This document shows positions 13,009-27,197 of a stretch of 64,000 nucleotides of DNA, in pieces. Both the position numbers and the translations under genes were made by a program. Source of the stretch: Octopus sinensis (Eukaryota); contig NC_043003.1 of NCBI RefSeq assembly GCF_006345805.1, positions 28,892,001-28,956,000 of the forward strand, read 5' to 3'. A model generated the notes under the pieces. The model had not been told where the DNA came from, did no database searches, and saw only the letters and a list, made by a program, of their open reading frames with translations. Position 1 is the stretch's first letter, and every line of letters begins with the position of its first letter.

Positions 13009-15378
13009 TCACTATCTCGTAGAGTTTCACTGTTGATCATTGCGTTAGTGATTGTTCCGCCCCAAAATCTGTTCACCGCCATGTTTGCTTCTCAAGGCAT
13101 TCTCATTTAGCTTAAGCATTTATTTGAAGCTTAACTAGCTTGGGACATAGGTATACGCTAGCCTCATCACCACGATCACGACGAGAAAACTTCGACAGAG
13201 ACAAAAACGTGTTTCTCCCTCTTTTCTATCATTACTATAATGGCCCTTCTTCAAAGACAACTGGTTTTGTATTTCCTCCATTCAGGTAACCCGGCCTCAA
13301 AAAGTACCAAGCAAGAAAGTGGGGAAAAGGGTAATCTACCAGGGCTCATAAGGATGATTGTTTTGGTATTGATATATTTCTCTGGTAATTGAGAGAATGC
13401 TTTTAATTAGAATAGGATACTCGTTAAGAACATATCATTACTGGTATAATCGTTGACTGAATCGTTCGCGTACCGGACAAAATGCTGAGCGGCATTTCTT
13501 ACAACTTTACGTTCTGATTTCAAATGTAACCGAAGTCGAATTTACCTTTCGTCCTTTCGGCCTCGATAAAATATCATACAGGTTAAGCTTTGGGCTTGAT
13601 TTAACCGAATTAATCCGCCCACAAAATTTCAAGTCTGGTGCTTATAGTAGAAAGAATTATTGTTGTTGCTGTTATTGTCGTTGTTGTTGTTATTTTTGTA
13701 ATTTAGCTTCATATCAGCACTAATCAGGCAGATCTATGATTAATAAATTTTCAGTCGTTTATTTAATGACTTTTCAATCGTTATCCTCAATCTCCTCTTT
13801 ATACAAAAATAATAGCGAATTAAGAGAGAGTCGGCACAGCATCGGATAGGAAGTCTTACTCTTCTGTGATATTTGTTTCAATTCTCTCCACTAAAGTAAA
13901 GCTTTGTCTTTCGTCCTGTCTTGTGAGAAGTGTAGGCGGTTTCATTGAAATAAAACATCAGGTCCAAGGGTCATTGCTTTGTAGAATAGTATCAGTGGAG
14001 CGTCAAAGAAGATTTCTTCTAGAAGTTTTTTCGGCTCTTTTGCGTTCTGACGATGACACTTGAGGCGGTAACATCGGTGACATGGAGAGAAGAGACGTCA
14101 ATGCCTGGAAGACTGTTGGCTCATCGCAAAACCTTGCCTATGTTTGTGTCTTAGTGAGAAACTTTACAATTGCAGTTCCACAGACTTATGTAACATTTGA
14201 AAATCGCAGGGTCTTACATTGTCTAGTGAGTCCTTACTTTTTAAAAGCAGTAGAGTTTTTTTAAGAACAAACAGGGAGATTTGTTTGCTTTTTCAAGCAG
14301 ATCCACAGACTACGTAGAGGCGCTAGGTTCAACGCTCACCCAACACATGATTAATGGCGTTGCAGTTGTAACCATTCCATCTCATTTACGAGTCTACATT
14401 GTCAAATATGTCTTCTTTGTTTTAAGACAGTGGGGTTTAATTTGAGGGAGATTTGGATATTATTTCGCTCAGGCCCAGGTCAGCACATTTTAGAAATATC
14501 TATGATTAATGGTATTCCATTATTAACCCCCTAACTAACCTGTGGTCAACCGACCTTTTACTCATATATTTTTAGCACTACATTCTGCACAAAACATTAG
14601 CCTGCATTCAGTTGTGAGTGATTAAAGGCTTTACTGATTTTTTAGATGTTTGTGTCGTCCCCAGAAGACGAAGACACGTTGTCAGAGTTCTGCACCCTTG
14701 CCCAGCAGCAAATCTAGAATGTGACAACCGGAAAGTGAAAGTTTCACTAGCACTTGGGCAGTACGCGTTTTCAACTGAATAGACTGCTGAAAATGAAATG
14801 GAGTGCCCTGCTCAAGTACACAAAAACGCCGCCCGATGTAGGTTGCTGATAATCACACAAACTTATGACTATGAACAAAATATCTTTAACCATCAGACCA
14901 CACACCTCACAAAACATCAGCAAAAATCAAACTGTAGATTCTCTGAATTCTAATATGAAAAGGGAATTCATCAACAGAAGATCGTTGAGTTGATATTCAT
15001 AAATTCCTTTGAATAACAACAAAACACTCCACAAGATTGTTTCTATGATAATCGATATTACCTCGATGAAATATAAGTTAATAAAAATCAGAATTAATAA
15101 ACACCTTTTCATATTATAAATCACAAATATCTGTTCTATCATCTGATAGCATTCGTTTTGTATTTTCTTATACATTTTCTTTTATTGTTTCAGAAATATT
15201 ATGAATATTAATGAATCATGTGACTACTGACTCTGTAACTGACTGTTATATGAAAACATTTCTTGCATTCTCGACAATCATAGTTCGTCATATATACATA
15301 TATACGATGTGCATGTATACATACATACGTACATACATACATACATACATATAGATATATATATATACAAATGTATTT

Positions 15379-15410
<32 letters not shown>

Positions 15411-15500
15411 AAATATTATTAGAGACAAACCACTACTTTGCAAAACAAACAAGGAAAGACTTATCAATACATAAAATTTTAATAAATAGTCAAAAAAACC

Positions 15501-15545
15501 GCCACTACAATTGTTTCTTGTCTTGATCGACAATCTTCAGGTGGC
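15501..15545 (-). ncRNA. Type I hammerhead ribozyme motif
   Basis: Minus strand GCCAC-CTGAAGA-TTGTC[GATCAA]GACAA-GAAAC-AATT-GTA-GTGGC. Confidence 0.75.
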
Positions 15546-15602
15546 TTCCAATAAGTCAGTTTCAATTATGAAGTCATAATTTGAAACTGACTTATTGGAA
15601 GT

Positions 15603-15644
15603 CCACCTGAAGATTGTCGATCAGACAAGAAACAATTGTAGTGG
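15603..15644 (+). ncRNA. Type I hammerhead ribozyme motif
   Basis: CCAC-CTGAAGA-TTGTC[GATCA]GACAA-GAAAC-AATT-GTA-GTGG. Confidence 0.75.
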
Positions 15645-15881
15645 CGGTTTTTTTGACTATTTATAAATTTTATGTATTGATTAAGTCTTTCCTTGTTTGT
15701 TTTGCAAAGTAGTGTTTTGTCTCTAATAATATTTTATAATATTTTACTATAAATGGATTTAATCCTAAATCTGATTTTTTCCCTGTAAATTTGGATTTAT
15801 TCCCTAATATTTATTATTATATATATATATATATATATACATATGTATGTATAATATATGTGTGTATATATAAATATAAAT

Positions 15882-15940
<59 letters not shown>

Positions 15941-16094
15941 TATGTATAAGTAGATATATGTAAGTATTAAAATGAAATGGTTTTGAAGTATCGTGCGATA
16001 TTGCTTTAAGGTGACTTATTGGGTAACGCCAGAAAAATGAGAGAAGATATAAAGTAAACTACAAAAAGAAAAGAAAACAAAAAAAGTTCTACTT

Positions 16095-16615
16095 TTACTT
16101 TATATTTCTATATTTCGGGCCTATGACCCCTTCTTCAGGACATTTAATAAAGCAAGGGATGAAAAAATAATGGTGTACAGATGTGTGATGCTTAGCAAAT
16201 TCATCAGGGATGGATCAGATGTACACGATCTGTATGCCAAGTCCGTCTCTGCAAATCGCATGTTGTATAGAAGCAGTGGTTCTGTCCTCGAAATCGGGTG
16301 GTTTAAGGAAGCATAAGTCAGATTTGGTATTATGGGCTCCTTATCTAGTTTACTCACTTTAGTTTTTTAGACGCAGTCATTTGAGTAAAGATGGAGGATA
16401 GTTGTTGTGTATTAACACCTAGCGGTTGAAAGAACCTCTACTTCTATATAACATGCGGTCTGCAGCGAAGGGCTCGACATACAAATGGTGCACACCGGTT
16501 CATCCCTGAGGAAATTGCTGAGTATCACATATCTGAGCCACGATATTGTTCTATCCCTCGCTTTTCCGCATGTCCTGAAGAAGGGATCATAATCCTGAAA
16601 TATAGAAATAGTAGC
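16095..16615. repeat. Old diverged foldback element with degenerate hammerhead-like motifs at both ends
   Basis: 16095-16143 is the reverse complement of 16570-16612, and 16184-16290 is a diverged reverse complement of 16430-16535. Confidence 0.75.
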
Positions 16616-17755
16616 AGTATCGTCCGGCGGTGCTCGAGTTTCTTTCGACCCTTTAGAATTGAATTTTTGAAAAGTAAAAGTTTTGCATTGTGTAGCTTGT
16701 TATTCTCTTTAAGTGAACATTTTTCTGGTTGAAATACACCGAAAAATGGCGACACAACAGTCAAAAAATCGTAAAAAATAAGGATTTTCATAGAAAAAAA
16801 TCACCCTTTTGATGCAAATAATTTTTGGTGTTAACATGGTCCGATTTCAATTTTGGTCAACTTGCGCAGTAGGGTCTCGGAAGAGATAGTGTTAGTTGAA
16901 GGCTACCAAATCTGCCATACAACTTAAGCTTTATATATATATATATATATATATATAGATAGATAATGTAGAAATACAACTTTATTTTGTTTAGTTTTCT
17001 TTTTGTATTTTATTTTATATCTTCTCGCATTGTTCTGGCCTTAATGTCGTGTGTGTGTTTTATTTGAATTCTTCTTCTGAAAAAAGAGTAAGTTTCTAAC
17101 AAATATACAATATGTATGTATGTGTGTCATTATTCAGTTTTATTTCAAGATTTCTTGCCAATAGAGAAAGAGCCGGTTTCTAACTTATATCCAAGGCCCC
17201 TTCATTGGAATTTCAACAACATGAGGGTAATTTTGCATTCGTGCACGAATACATGTATGTATGTATGTACGTATGTATGTATGTATGTATGTATGTATGT
17301 ATGTATGTATGTATGTATGTATGCATGTATGTACATGTGTAGATTTTTATGTGTTGTTTTATGCATTCTCATGCATATAGTTGCATGTCTAGACATACTC
17401 ATATATACTTAAATGATAAACCTTTGGAAAGTAAATAAATAAATAAGTTTATTTAGCTGGTACTTTATTTTATCGGTGCCGGAAAGGTAAAAGAAAAAGT
17501 TGACTTCGATGAAATTTGAGCTCAGAAAGCAGATAGATGAAACGATTATGTAAGACATTTTGACCTACGCTCTGCTCTAAAGAATAAATAAATTTTCATC
17601 AGCCTATTTCTTTGTCATTTATAACTTTATACACTCCTTATTGCTTTCTCTTGTATTCTATATGTTTGAGGGATGGTACATTAAGGAGATTTTTTTATGA
17701 GGACTATTGGATTACTTGACTTCATGTATTGTGACTTATATACATACATATATAC

Positions 17756-17870
<115 letters not shown>

Positions 17871-19030
17871 CAGTAATCCATTGGTATCGTGGGTGTTACG
17901 TTCCAAAACCTCCTACAGAAATAATTAAAATCTAAAAAATTAAAATACCTATCGGTCGCAGAAACCCGCAATATACTGAGGAGTCCGCGATATGAATTTA
18001 CATTATATTAGCCAGAGAAATCTACAATATACTGAGTGCGTGATATGTGGAGTGCTCAACCACTTGCACGATAATTTCCCGAGCAGACTATTCCATTGAT
18101 CGGATCAACTGAAATACTTATCACCATAGCTGACGGAGTACCAGTATAAAATAATACTTGTTCGTTTATTATTTGCTTGTTTTTATCACCGTCCTTGTTT
18201 TTCTTTTTCTATATATGTTATTGTCGGTCTATAGACCCTACAGACTCTCTGTTCCTTTCTTTCCTTTTTATACTTGCATTCGTTTGTTCTCTATATCGGC
18301 TCACATACCCCAGCAGCATTTTGTTGTTTACGCTCGCCACCAAAATAAATATTTTTAATCATTAATGGCGCGAAATTGCGATGAGTTTTGATCGATAACT
18401 GAGGAGGGGTGAACGTTTCCCCGCCTTTTGTGTGATATTTTCTGTTTTCTGTGCAACATTTTGCTCTCTCTCCCCCTCTGTCACCTTCTCTCTTTCCCTC
18501 ACTTTCTGTATATATAGCCAAATTACTGAAACAAAAAAAGAATACACGAATATATACCAAAAGGATGCGTTATAATACTATTCCACATATACAAAAGCAA
18601 CGATACCAACAATCCAGCATACCTCCATCACCAGCTGCCCCACGGATATCATTGTGGTTTCGACACTTGGACAATACCATTCGATCGGGCGGGATCAACA
18701 ACACTAAAATAAGTGTTGTTTGGAAACAGACATACCAAAGAAACAACAACTTTCAAACACATTTACCCTTTGTACAACAATATCGGTAAATAGATTCAAT
18801 AAGTAAATCAATAACCAACTCCTAAATATGTAACTAAACAGCGACCAAACCTTTAAGTCATATATTTTATTTCCTAAAGTCTTCTATAGTAGAATATGAA
18901 AGTGAAAGCCAATAACCACATTCAATCTAAATATAGGCACGATTAAACATTAACTTTAAAATTTAACTACAATACATGCTACATGATATACATATATAAT
19001 ATGATATAATATTATATATATACACATACA

Positions 19031-19064
<34 letters not shown>

Positions 19065-19455
19065 CGTACATACATACATACATACATACATACATACATA
19101 CATACATACATACATACGTACATATATAGTGGACAGTTGAACTCTACACATTTTTTCATTCCCTCTCTATTTATTTCCTCTTATTCCTTACTGTTGAAGA
19201 GCCAAACTAATACTCTTGCATGTCATTCATGCACCTGTCTTTGTCTTTTGTTTTTCTATAAATTTCAACTGTATATAAATATTTATATTGTTATATCGCA
19301 CATTCCGATGACCTCTACTCAACTCTCGACATCTAGACTTCTCCCTCTATATCTACGTATTGGGCTAGCCTACTACATCGTCTGGGGGCGTCGACACAAC
19401 ATATATATATATATGTGTGTGTGTGTATGTACGCGTGCGTGTGTGCGTGTGTGTG

Positions 19456-19580
19456 TGGAGGCGCAATGTCCAAGTGGTTAGGGCAGCGGACTCGCGATTG
19501 TAGGATCGCGGTTTCGATTCCCAGACCGGGCGTTGTGAGTGTTTATTGAGCGAAAACGCCTAAAGCTCCACGAGGCTCTA
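19456..19580 (+). mobile_element. SINE family B head
   Basis: GGAGGCGCAATGTCCAAGTGGTTAGGGCAGCGGACTCGCG...GGTTTCGATTCCCAGACC. Confidence 0.85.
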
Positions 19581-20239
19581 AAGTTGTTTTTTTTTCCAAG
19601 GTCTGGGGTCTCCCGCCCCTAAACCCTAGACCATCACCTAATCACCCTTACCCGTCTTGTTGCTTAACAACAACAACAACAACAATAGCAACAACAACAA
19701 CAGATGTTACAATAGCAACTAAATAGAAAATAAGGAAAAATACTTAGATTTACTTATACCTACAGGTAGAATGATCATTAAAGTCACTCTTGATTATAGA
19801 TCTTCTCAGTTAGGGCAGCTGATTTGAAGGCGGAAAGAAAAAACAAGAACATCATGAAGGAGGTATGAAGGCGGAAGGAATTTTGTCTAAAGAAGAAGAA
19901 AAAAACGGCGGAGTGTATGATAAAACAAAAAGCGTGAATACCTCTTCCTACAACAGATATGACGGCAGTAAAATGGCGTTAAATTCCTGTACAACTGTAA
20001 TTTCTTGTTTTCTTGTTTTCTTATTTCCTTCTTCGTTTCCTTCTTCCCCTTTTTTTTTTTTGGTTCGTTTACTTTTTAGCAGACAGGAATTTCAATCAGC
20101 CATCATCGACAAGTCACGTCCACATTCAGAGAGGCTGCAGTAAAATGTGTACTTTTAGCGCGTCATTAAACAGTGCAAATGAGAAAATTATGATAATATA
20201 TGTGTTGCTATAAGAGGATACATTTTGTGTGTGTGCGAG

Positions 20240-20287
<48 letters not shown>

Positions 20288-20363
20288 TGTGTGTGTCTGT
20301 GTGTGTTTGTGTGTGCGTGTATTTGTGTATGTGTGCATCTTCCCTTCTCTCTCTTTCTCACTT

Positions 20364-20412
<49 letters not shown>

Positions 20413-21630
20413 GAATACATACCCGCATACATATAAGTCTACACGTGGGTATCTGTGTCTTTATCCATGAGTCTTCATTCATCTTCTTGCTATAACGGTA
20501 AATTTATTTTTCTTAAGAATTTTAATGTAATGTTTTTCGGGGTTTTATGTTTCAAAAATTTAAAACAAATTGAAAAGCATGAAAATAATGCCAAGATTAA
20601 AAACTATTATATCAATTTTTATCAATTTTTATTCATCAACGTACGCATATTCCGGAAAACAAAAATATTTCCATTTTGTTTCTTTTTTATTTCCTAAACC
20701 TCGGCGTAGTTATTGAAAACACTTTCAAGTACACACCTTAAGCAGGCGCTATGGTGGTAACGTTCGAGTATTGTATTGATACATTTCGACCAGTGTTTTA
20801 GGTTCGTATCCCACCAACGACAAGGGACTTTTTCTTTTTTTTTCTTTCCTTGCCGGATTGTTAAACAAATTACTAATCTAGGGTGGTTGAATATCGGAAA
20901 TGGGTATTTGTTTCAGTTGCTTGCGTTGAGTTCAACTCACGCCGTGGCTTACAAGGTTATTTGACATTATATCTCGCCTAGGAAGCACCACCACCAGGTC
21001 TTCAGCTGTGTTTATTGAAGTCCAGTCTGCGGTAAGAGTTCGGGCCAGGTTTCGAGTTTAAGGATACTTAATTCACTCACCTCTGTCTTCCAATTCCAAT
21101 TTGAAGATCTTGTCATGAAGATTAGGTCATGAGCAATTACATTCCTCATGATTATGCTATAAATAGATAAGAATGCCATATTTAGATTTTCAACAAATCC
21201 GGGAAATTTTAATTCAATCAAGCCAATTGTCCGTGAGACATTCTAGTAAGTAAAATACATATTCGTGATAGAAGTTGGAATTCTTTTACTTTGAGCGTAT
21301 TTTCTTATTGTATTATTCTTTTAGTGATGATCAACTCATTGTAAGAAACTTTATTTATAAATATATGCGATTGATGAACCTTAAGAGTATTTGCCGGTTT
21401 TCAATATTTTTGATTACAAATTTGGTAAAGAAATCTATCTTTAAAATGTCGTTGCTCCGGTAAAGAGACAAATAAAACGCCCGGCTGTACTGGAAGCAAA
21501 GTACTTCAGCCTTATCTCAAATACAGTATACACATACATACGCATGCACTCACACACAAACACACACACACACACACATACACACTCACAGATGCACACA
21601 CACACATACTCACATACATATATATATATA

Positions 21631-24028
21631 CACTCAGTTCTCTTTTTGCACGGTTTTGAAATAACACGGTCCAACAAAAAGAACCGATTATTTTCTGCAC
21701 TTTTTCTTTTACTTTAACACGGTTTAAACATCTTTCCTTGAGTGACCACCGAATTTATTGTAAGTGGCAAGTAAACGATGAGTAACATCAATCGATTATA
21801 ATTTATAAAACGCCGAAACTCTACGCAACAATTTAGCGAAGCAAAATAGAATCCAATCTATTTTTTACGTATAGTGATCCCTCACTCTCCGGTGTTAGCA
21901 GGACCTATGCCCTGTACATACCTCTGGCTGCGTGTATCTGTGCATTCAGACGGTGCGCAGCAGCAGTAGTTAGCATCAAGCCTAATACGAAAGACGTGTC
22001 GCGTGTTTCATCCTCTGAATAAAAAATATAGCATATATTTTATTTACGAACGTGATAGTGATAACCTACCCCAAAATGTCGGTTGATACATCTAAGAAAA
22101 ATAAAAGAGCATCGATTTCTTTGGAGACCAAGATCAATGTTTTGGAACGTCTTCGTAAGGGCGAAAGTGCAGCGTCCTCGGGTAGAGCTTTTTGTCTGAA
22201 CGAAGCTACGATAAGAACGATCAAAAAGAGCAATGCTGCCATTAAAAAGATCTGTAGCTTCTGGAACAAAAATTATCTGCCAAGTCGTCGTCATATACAA
22301 GAGACATGATTCATGAAAAAATGGAGAAAGCTTTGATAATATGCATAGAAGAAAACAATAAAAAAAGGATACCAGTAGATGGTAAAACCATAAAACAGGT
22401 GGCATTACGATTTTACTAGAAGGTTAATGATCTGGAGTCATCAAGTGCATTATATCTGTCTAGTGATAAAAAGAAGAATGAATTTGCTGCAAGTTCGGGA
22501 TGACTTGCAAAATTCCTTGAAAGATATGCACTGCATAATATAAAAATGGGAGGGGAAATTTTATCGGCATATAAGATTGCTGCTGAAGAATTTCTTCCAA
22601 AACTAGGCAAAATAATTGAAGAAGACGGTTACATTTCAGAGCAAGTTTTCAACGCAGATGAAATTGGTTTCTTTTGGGGAAAAAATGCCAAACAGAACGT
22701 ATATAGCAAAAAAGTGCCAGTGGTTTTAAGGCAACTGAAGACCGTGTTTGTTAAAACCGTTATTAATTAATCGATCAGTTCGTCCGCGTGCAATGAAAGA
22801 CGTGGGCTGAAGTAAATTACCAGTTCATTAGAAAGTTAATAAAAAATCATGGATGACAGCAGAAATATTTACTGAATGGTTTAACAACTGCTTCGTTCTT
22901 GAAGTAAGAAGATATATGGAAGATAAAGGTCTTGAGTTTAAAATCCTTTTACTTATAGACACTGCATCCGGTCATCCAGATTTGGAACACCCGAATGTAA
23001 AAGTCGTATTCTTACCACCAAATAAAACATCGCTGATTCAACCGCTTGATCAGGGTGTAATTTCAACATTCAAATCATATTATATCCAACGAACATTTGA
23101 ATATATTATAGATGAACTAGAAAAAGATGGCACACTTTCAATCTTTCAAGCATGGAAAAAATTTACTATAATTAACTGTGTTAAATATGCTGCCTTGGCT
23201 TTATCCAAATCAAAGCCATCCACCCTAAATGCATGCTGGAGATCAATTTGGTCAGAATGTGTAAAAACTAAATATCTCATATCTAATATAAATACAGACG
23301 AATTACATTCTATTATCATCACTTTGTCACATCAGATTGGCAGAGGAGATTTTAAAAAATTAGCATTTGAAGATATTGCAGAATTGACAACTCACGAAGC
23401 TCCTAATGAAGAACAATTCATAGAGAGCATTTCAGAGAATTTATATGATTCCACGTTAGTTTATAGTAGTGATGATGAAGAAGTGGTTCCACTACTGCAA
23501 GTACAATTCTAGAAAGCCTCCTCCAAATAGCGAATAAACTTGGAAATCATTTTCTTACAATGTTGAACGAGCTGTGCAATTCCAACGTGATATGAAAATG
23601 ATTGTGGCACGTTATGAAGAATCATAGAAAGAACTAACAAAAACAAAATCACAGCATCTGATAACAGAATTTGTATTCAAACCCAGTGAAACAAAAGAAA
23701 CACAAGATGTTAATTTTATTCAAGATACACATGAAGATATAACACCATTAAATACTTCCAGTGACTTGAGTGATTTTGCGTCACCAAAAAACAAAAGAAA
23801 GCGGACACATTTGTTCTCTAGTAGTTATACTAAATGACTGAATGATTATGCTATATATATATATATATATATAGAAGTCAATTTATTTGTATATAAAAAT
23901 AACATTTCTTTTATTAAATATATCTAGATGGAAGCTATCTCAAATTTTCATATGTACACTGCATATTTTTTACACGGTTTTATTTTGCATGGTAGTCTCT
24001 GGAACGTATTCCCCGTGCAAATTGAGTG
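21631..24028 (+). mobile_element. Tigger/pogo-like DNA transposon, near full length (~2.4 kb), decayed
   Basis: TA-flanked ends CACTCAGTT..TTGCACGG / CCGTGCAAATTGAGTG. Pieces: CENP-B/psq HTH (RASISLETKINVL), VFNADEIGFFWGK, and DDE_1 (KILLLID..GHP, VVFLPPNKTSLIQPLDQGVISTFK). Confidence 0.88.
22853..23512 (+). pseudogene. pogo/Tigger transposase DDE-domain ORF remnant (219 aa)
   Basis: MTAEIFTEWFNNCFV, FLPPNKTSLIQPLDQGVI, KPSTLNACWRSIW. Confidence 0.9.
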
Positions 24029-24106
24029 TATATATGTGCCCGCGTATGTATCGTTGGCAATTTTCTTTCTCCGTCTTCCCTTCCTTGGATCTTTCCTTTT
24101 CCTATG

Positions 24107-24139
24107 TTTCTGACGAAGAGTTCCGCTCGAAACGTTAAA
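24107..24139 (+). ncRNA. Minimal hammerhead motif with zero-loop palindromic helix III
   Basis: TTT-CTGACGA-A-GAG[TTCCG]CTC-GAA-ACGT-T-AAA. Intact core, an extra A after A9, short helix I. Confidence 0.55.
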
Positions 24140-24250
24140 GCTTCCTTCTTTCTTTCCTTTCCTCAGCGTCCAATAACACTATACTTGTTCCACGTCCTCG
24201 CGTTGCTGTGTCTTCTCTTTGTTCATATTTGAAGTAACTATATATGTATT

Positions 24251-24399
<149 letters not shown>

Positions 24400-25530
24400 A
24401 GAGTTTACGAAAAAATCAAAAGACGAAGACAGGTGGTGTACAAAACAACAGATGTATTAGTATAACGCTCAGGAATAGAAAAAGTCTTTTACGTTTCGAG
24501 CCTACGCTCTTCTACAGAAATGGACACAGAAAAAAAAACAAGGAGAGAAAAAAATTTGTGTAGTGGCTAACGATCTGAAATTGTAAGGAACCATGCACAT
24601 ATGTATATTTATATATACATATATATACATATATATAGCAGAAACAACTGTAACCAAATGAAGTTATAACATAACTATTGTTTCTTTTTTATTTTGTCAT
24701 CTCTTTTTTTCTTATTACTGCTCTATACTTATCTAACACTTTGTTCTGAAACATGCGTGTATTGAGTTCTATACTAGGCTGTTAGTCTAGCAATGCCTAA
24801 GCGAAATCCAAATACATATATGATGGAACGACAAACGAGGGTTCAGTAAAGTAAAAGGTTAATCATGTACTATGGACACGAATGTGTCTCTTGACGCCTG
24901 CTGATGTCTCGCAACCCTTTTGGAAAATGGAACAAGTTGAGCACTCAGTTTGCTCGAGTGCGTATAGATCATTCATTATGTGTGTTCTTGAGTGGAGGGC
25001 AAGGCTTGCTTTGCTTCGTGCCACAAAACCACAATGACAAGTAAGGTTTTCATTTATGATTTAAGTATTACAACAATATGAACGTTTGCAGATTATGTGT
25101 AACTACGTGTATGTGTGCGGGAGTGCCTCAGTGTTTATATGTATGAGTATGTCTAAGACTAGCAACATTATTGATTGTTTCTCCCTTTTTATAGGATGGG
25201 GTGGCGCTAAGCTATTCCAGGATGGTCATGATTCTTTGTCCGTAAGCGCTTCGCCAAACCAGCACACGCTCACACATAAACACACACCTACACACACACT
25301 CGAATACACACACGCGTGTTTTATTTTCATCCATTTTAAATTACTTTCTTTTCTCAATAAAACGTTTGGGGCGTTTTACATTACTTTTCGCTTTTAGACA
25401 ATTTTTGTCTATGTCAGCAAGAGAAAAAACAATTTTTTTAAATAAAAAATTACTAAGAAAAGGTTGAAAATAAGAAAACGAAAAGAAGGCATATGTAATA
25501 TTGCATATATACCTGTATACATACATACAC

Positions 25531-25580
<50 letters not shown>

Positions 25581-25614
25581 TATATATATTATATATATAT
25601 ACATATATATATAC

Positions 25615-25660
<46 letters not shown>

Positions 25661-26889
25661 TATATATACGTGTATAAATATATTGAGTGTGTATATAAGT
25701 ATATATTTTTATATATATATACATACGTGTATAAATATATTGAGTGTGTATATAAGTTTATATATATATATATTTCAAAATAAAACTATAAAAGGTCTAG
25801 AAAACATATACGAAGGATGCTATTACGTCATGGCTATAAGCTAATGTGATTGGTCGATTGCTTTATTACCTCAGTGCCTGCACTGGCTGTGGTTCCCATA
25901 ACAACTACATTATATTCCTCATAAGACAGTTTAGTCAATAAAAGGCAACAACTACAACAGCAAAACCTCATCAACATTTTATGAATGATTTTTGACATTT
26001 TGTTTTTATTTACTTTCATTTAAATAAATTTGGTTTTTATATTTTTTGTTTATGCAAATGATGAAATAAATGTTTATGAATTACTGACGTTCGGACAGTA
26101 CGGGGCTTGTCTGTATCATTTCTTCTGTATCCTCCCCTATCTTGTTAATCAAATTTCGTCTGTATTAAATTCCTGAATGATTAGAAGATGGGTGTCCGTA
26201 TGCAAATGTTTGCACAGTTAAAAATAACAACCAAATCTTCTTCAAGACCCTCAAATTTCACAAGATTTTTGTTGTACTTTCTATTTTTTAGCTTTTGTTT
26301 TATTTGTATTTTTATTTTTTATAAGGAAGAAGGGGTTGTATCGTTGGCCATCATAGTCCCTCCGTGATCGGTGATCTTCAATACAGCTGATGATTCTCTT
26401 GAATCAGCGTGAGCTGATGGACTGAAGGAAAAACATGAGTAGCGAGAGAATATCTGAGAGCTCGATGTTCTGGAAAGGGAGAATTGACTGAAAGCTATTA
26501 AGGCGGTGCCAGGGAGAATTAACAAAATAAGAGTCATAAGAGAAAAAAAGATGTCTGAACATGTGGGCCTCAGTGAAGATAAAATGGGGCCAGCCAGCAG
26601 TAGCAAAGGCCACTGAAGCAGCAAGCTACAAAAAATATACAATTTAATCTCCCCCAAAACACTCTAGCTGTCATAGAGTAATGAGGAACATCGTCTGTCT
26701 TTACGTTCTGAATTCAAATTCCGCGGAGGTCGACTTTGCCTTTCATCTTTTCGAGGTCGATAAATTAAGTACCAGTTGCATACTGGGGCCGATCGAAACG
26801 ACTGGCCCCTCCCCCAAAATTTTGGGCCTTATTCTTAGAGAGAAAAGAGTAATGATGAACATATTGATAATATATATTTCTGTGTGTGA

Positions 26890-27197
26890 TGAAGGTGCTT
26901 GACTCACTGGTTAGAGCATCAGACTCATGATCATGGAGTAGTGAGTTCGATTCACTGACAGGGCTGTGCTGTATTCTTGAGTAAGACACTTTATTTTTTC
27001 ATGTTGCCCCAGTTCAGTCAACTGTAGAAATAAGTGCCAAGCTGTATCAGCCTTTCCCTATCCCTTGGATATCATCGGTGTCGTGTAGAAAGGAGGCTGG
27101 TATGCATGGGTGACTTCTGGTCTCCTATAAACAACTTTACCTGGACTTGTGCCTCGGAGGAGAACTTTCCAGGCACAATTCCATGGTTATCTATGAC
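26890..27197 (+). mobile_element. SINE family A
   Basis: Aligns with 38334-38670. Confidence 0.85.

Larger units (their letters stand above)
15407..15738. repeat. Near-perfect 332-bp palindrome (inverted Penelope-like terminal repeat)
   Basis: Arms of about 165 bp around a 2-nt loop at 15572-15573. The arm is homologous to 10560-10715, and the right flank is the reverse complement of 10385-10425. Confidence 0.95.

Noticed and set aside
13860-14210. Exon-like GC-richer segment
   Set aside because: 14070-14210 aligns with a diverged SINE family A body, and no consistent ORF with splice sites is present.
21127-21129. In-frame TGA in CNCS*P read as selenocysteine
   Set aside because: The context matches no selenoprotein family I know and I found no SECIS; the exon itself is unproven.
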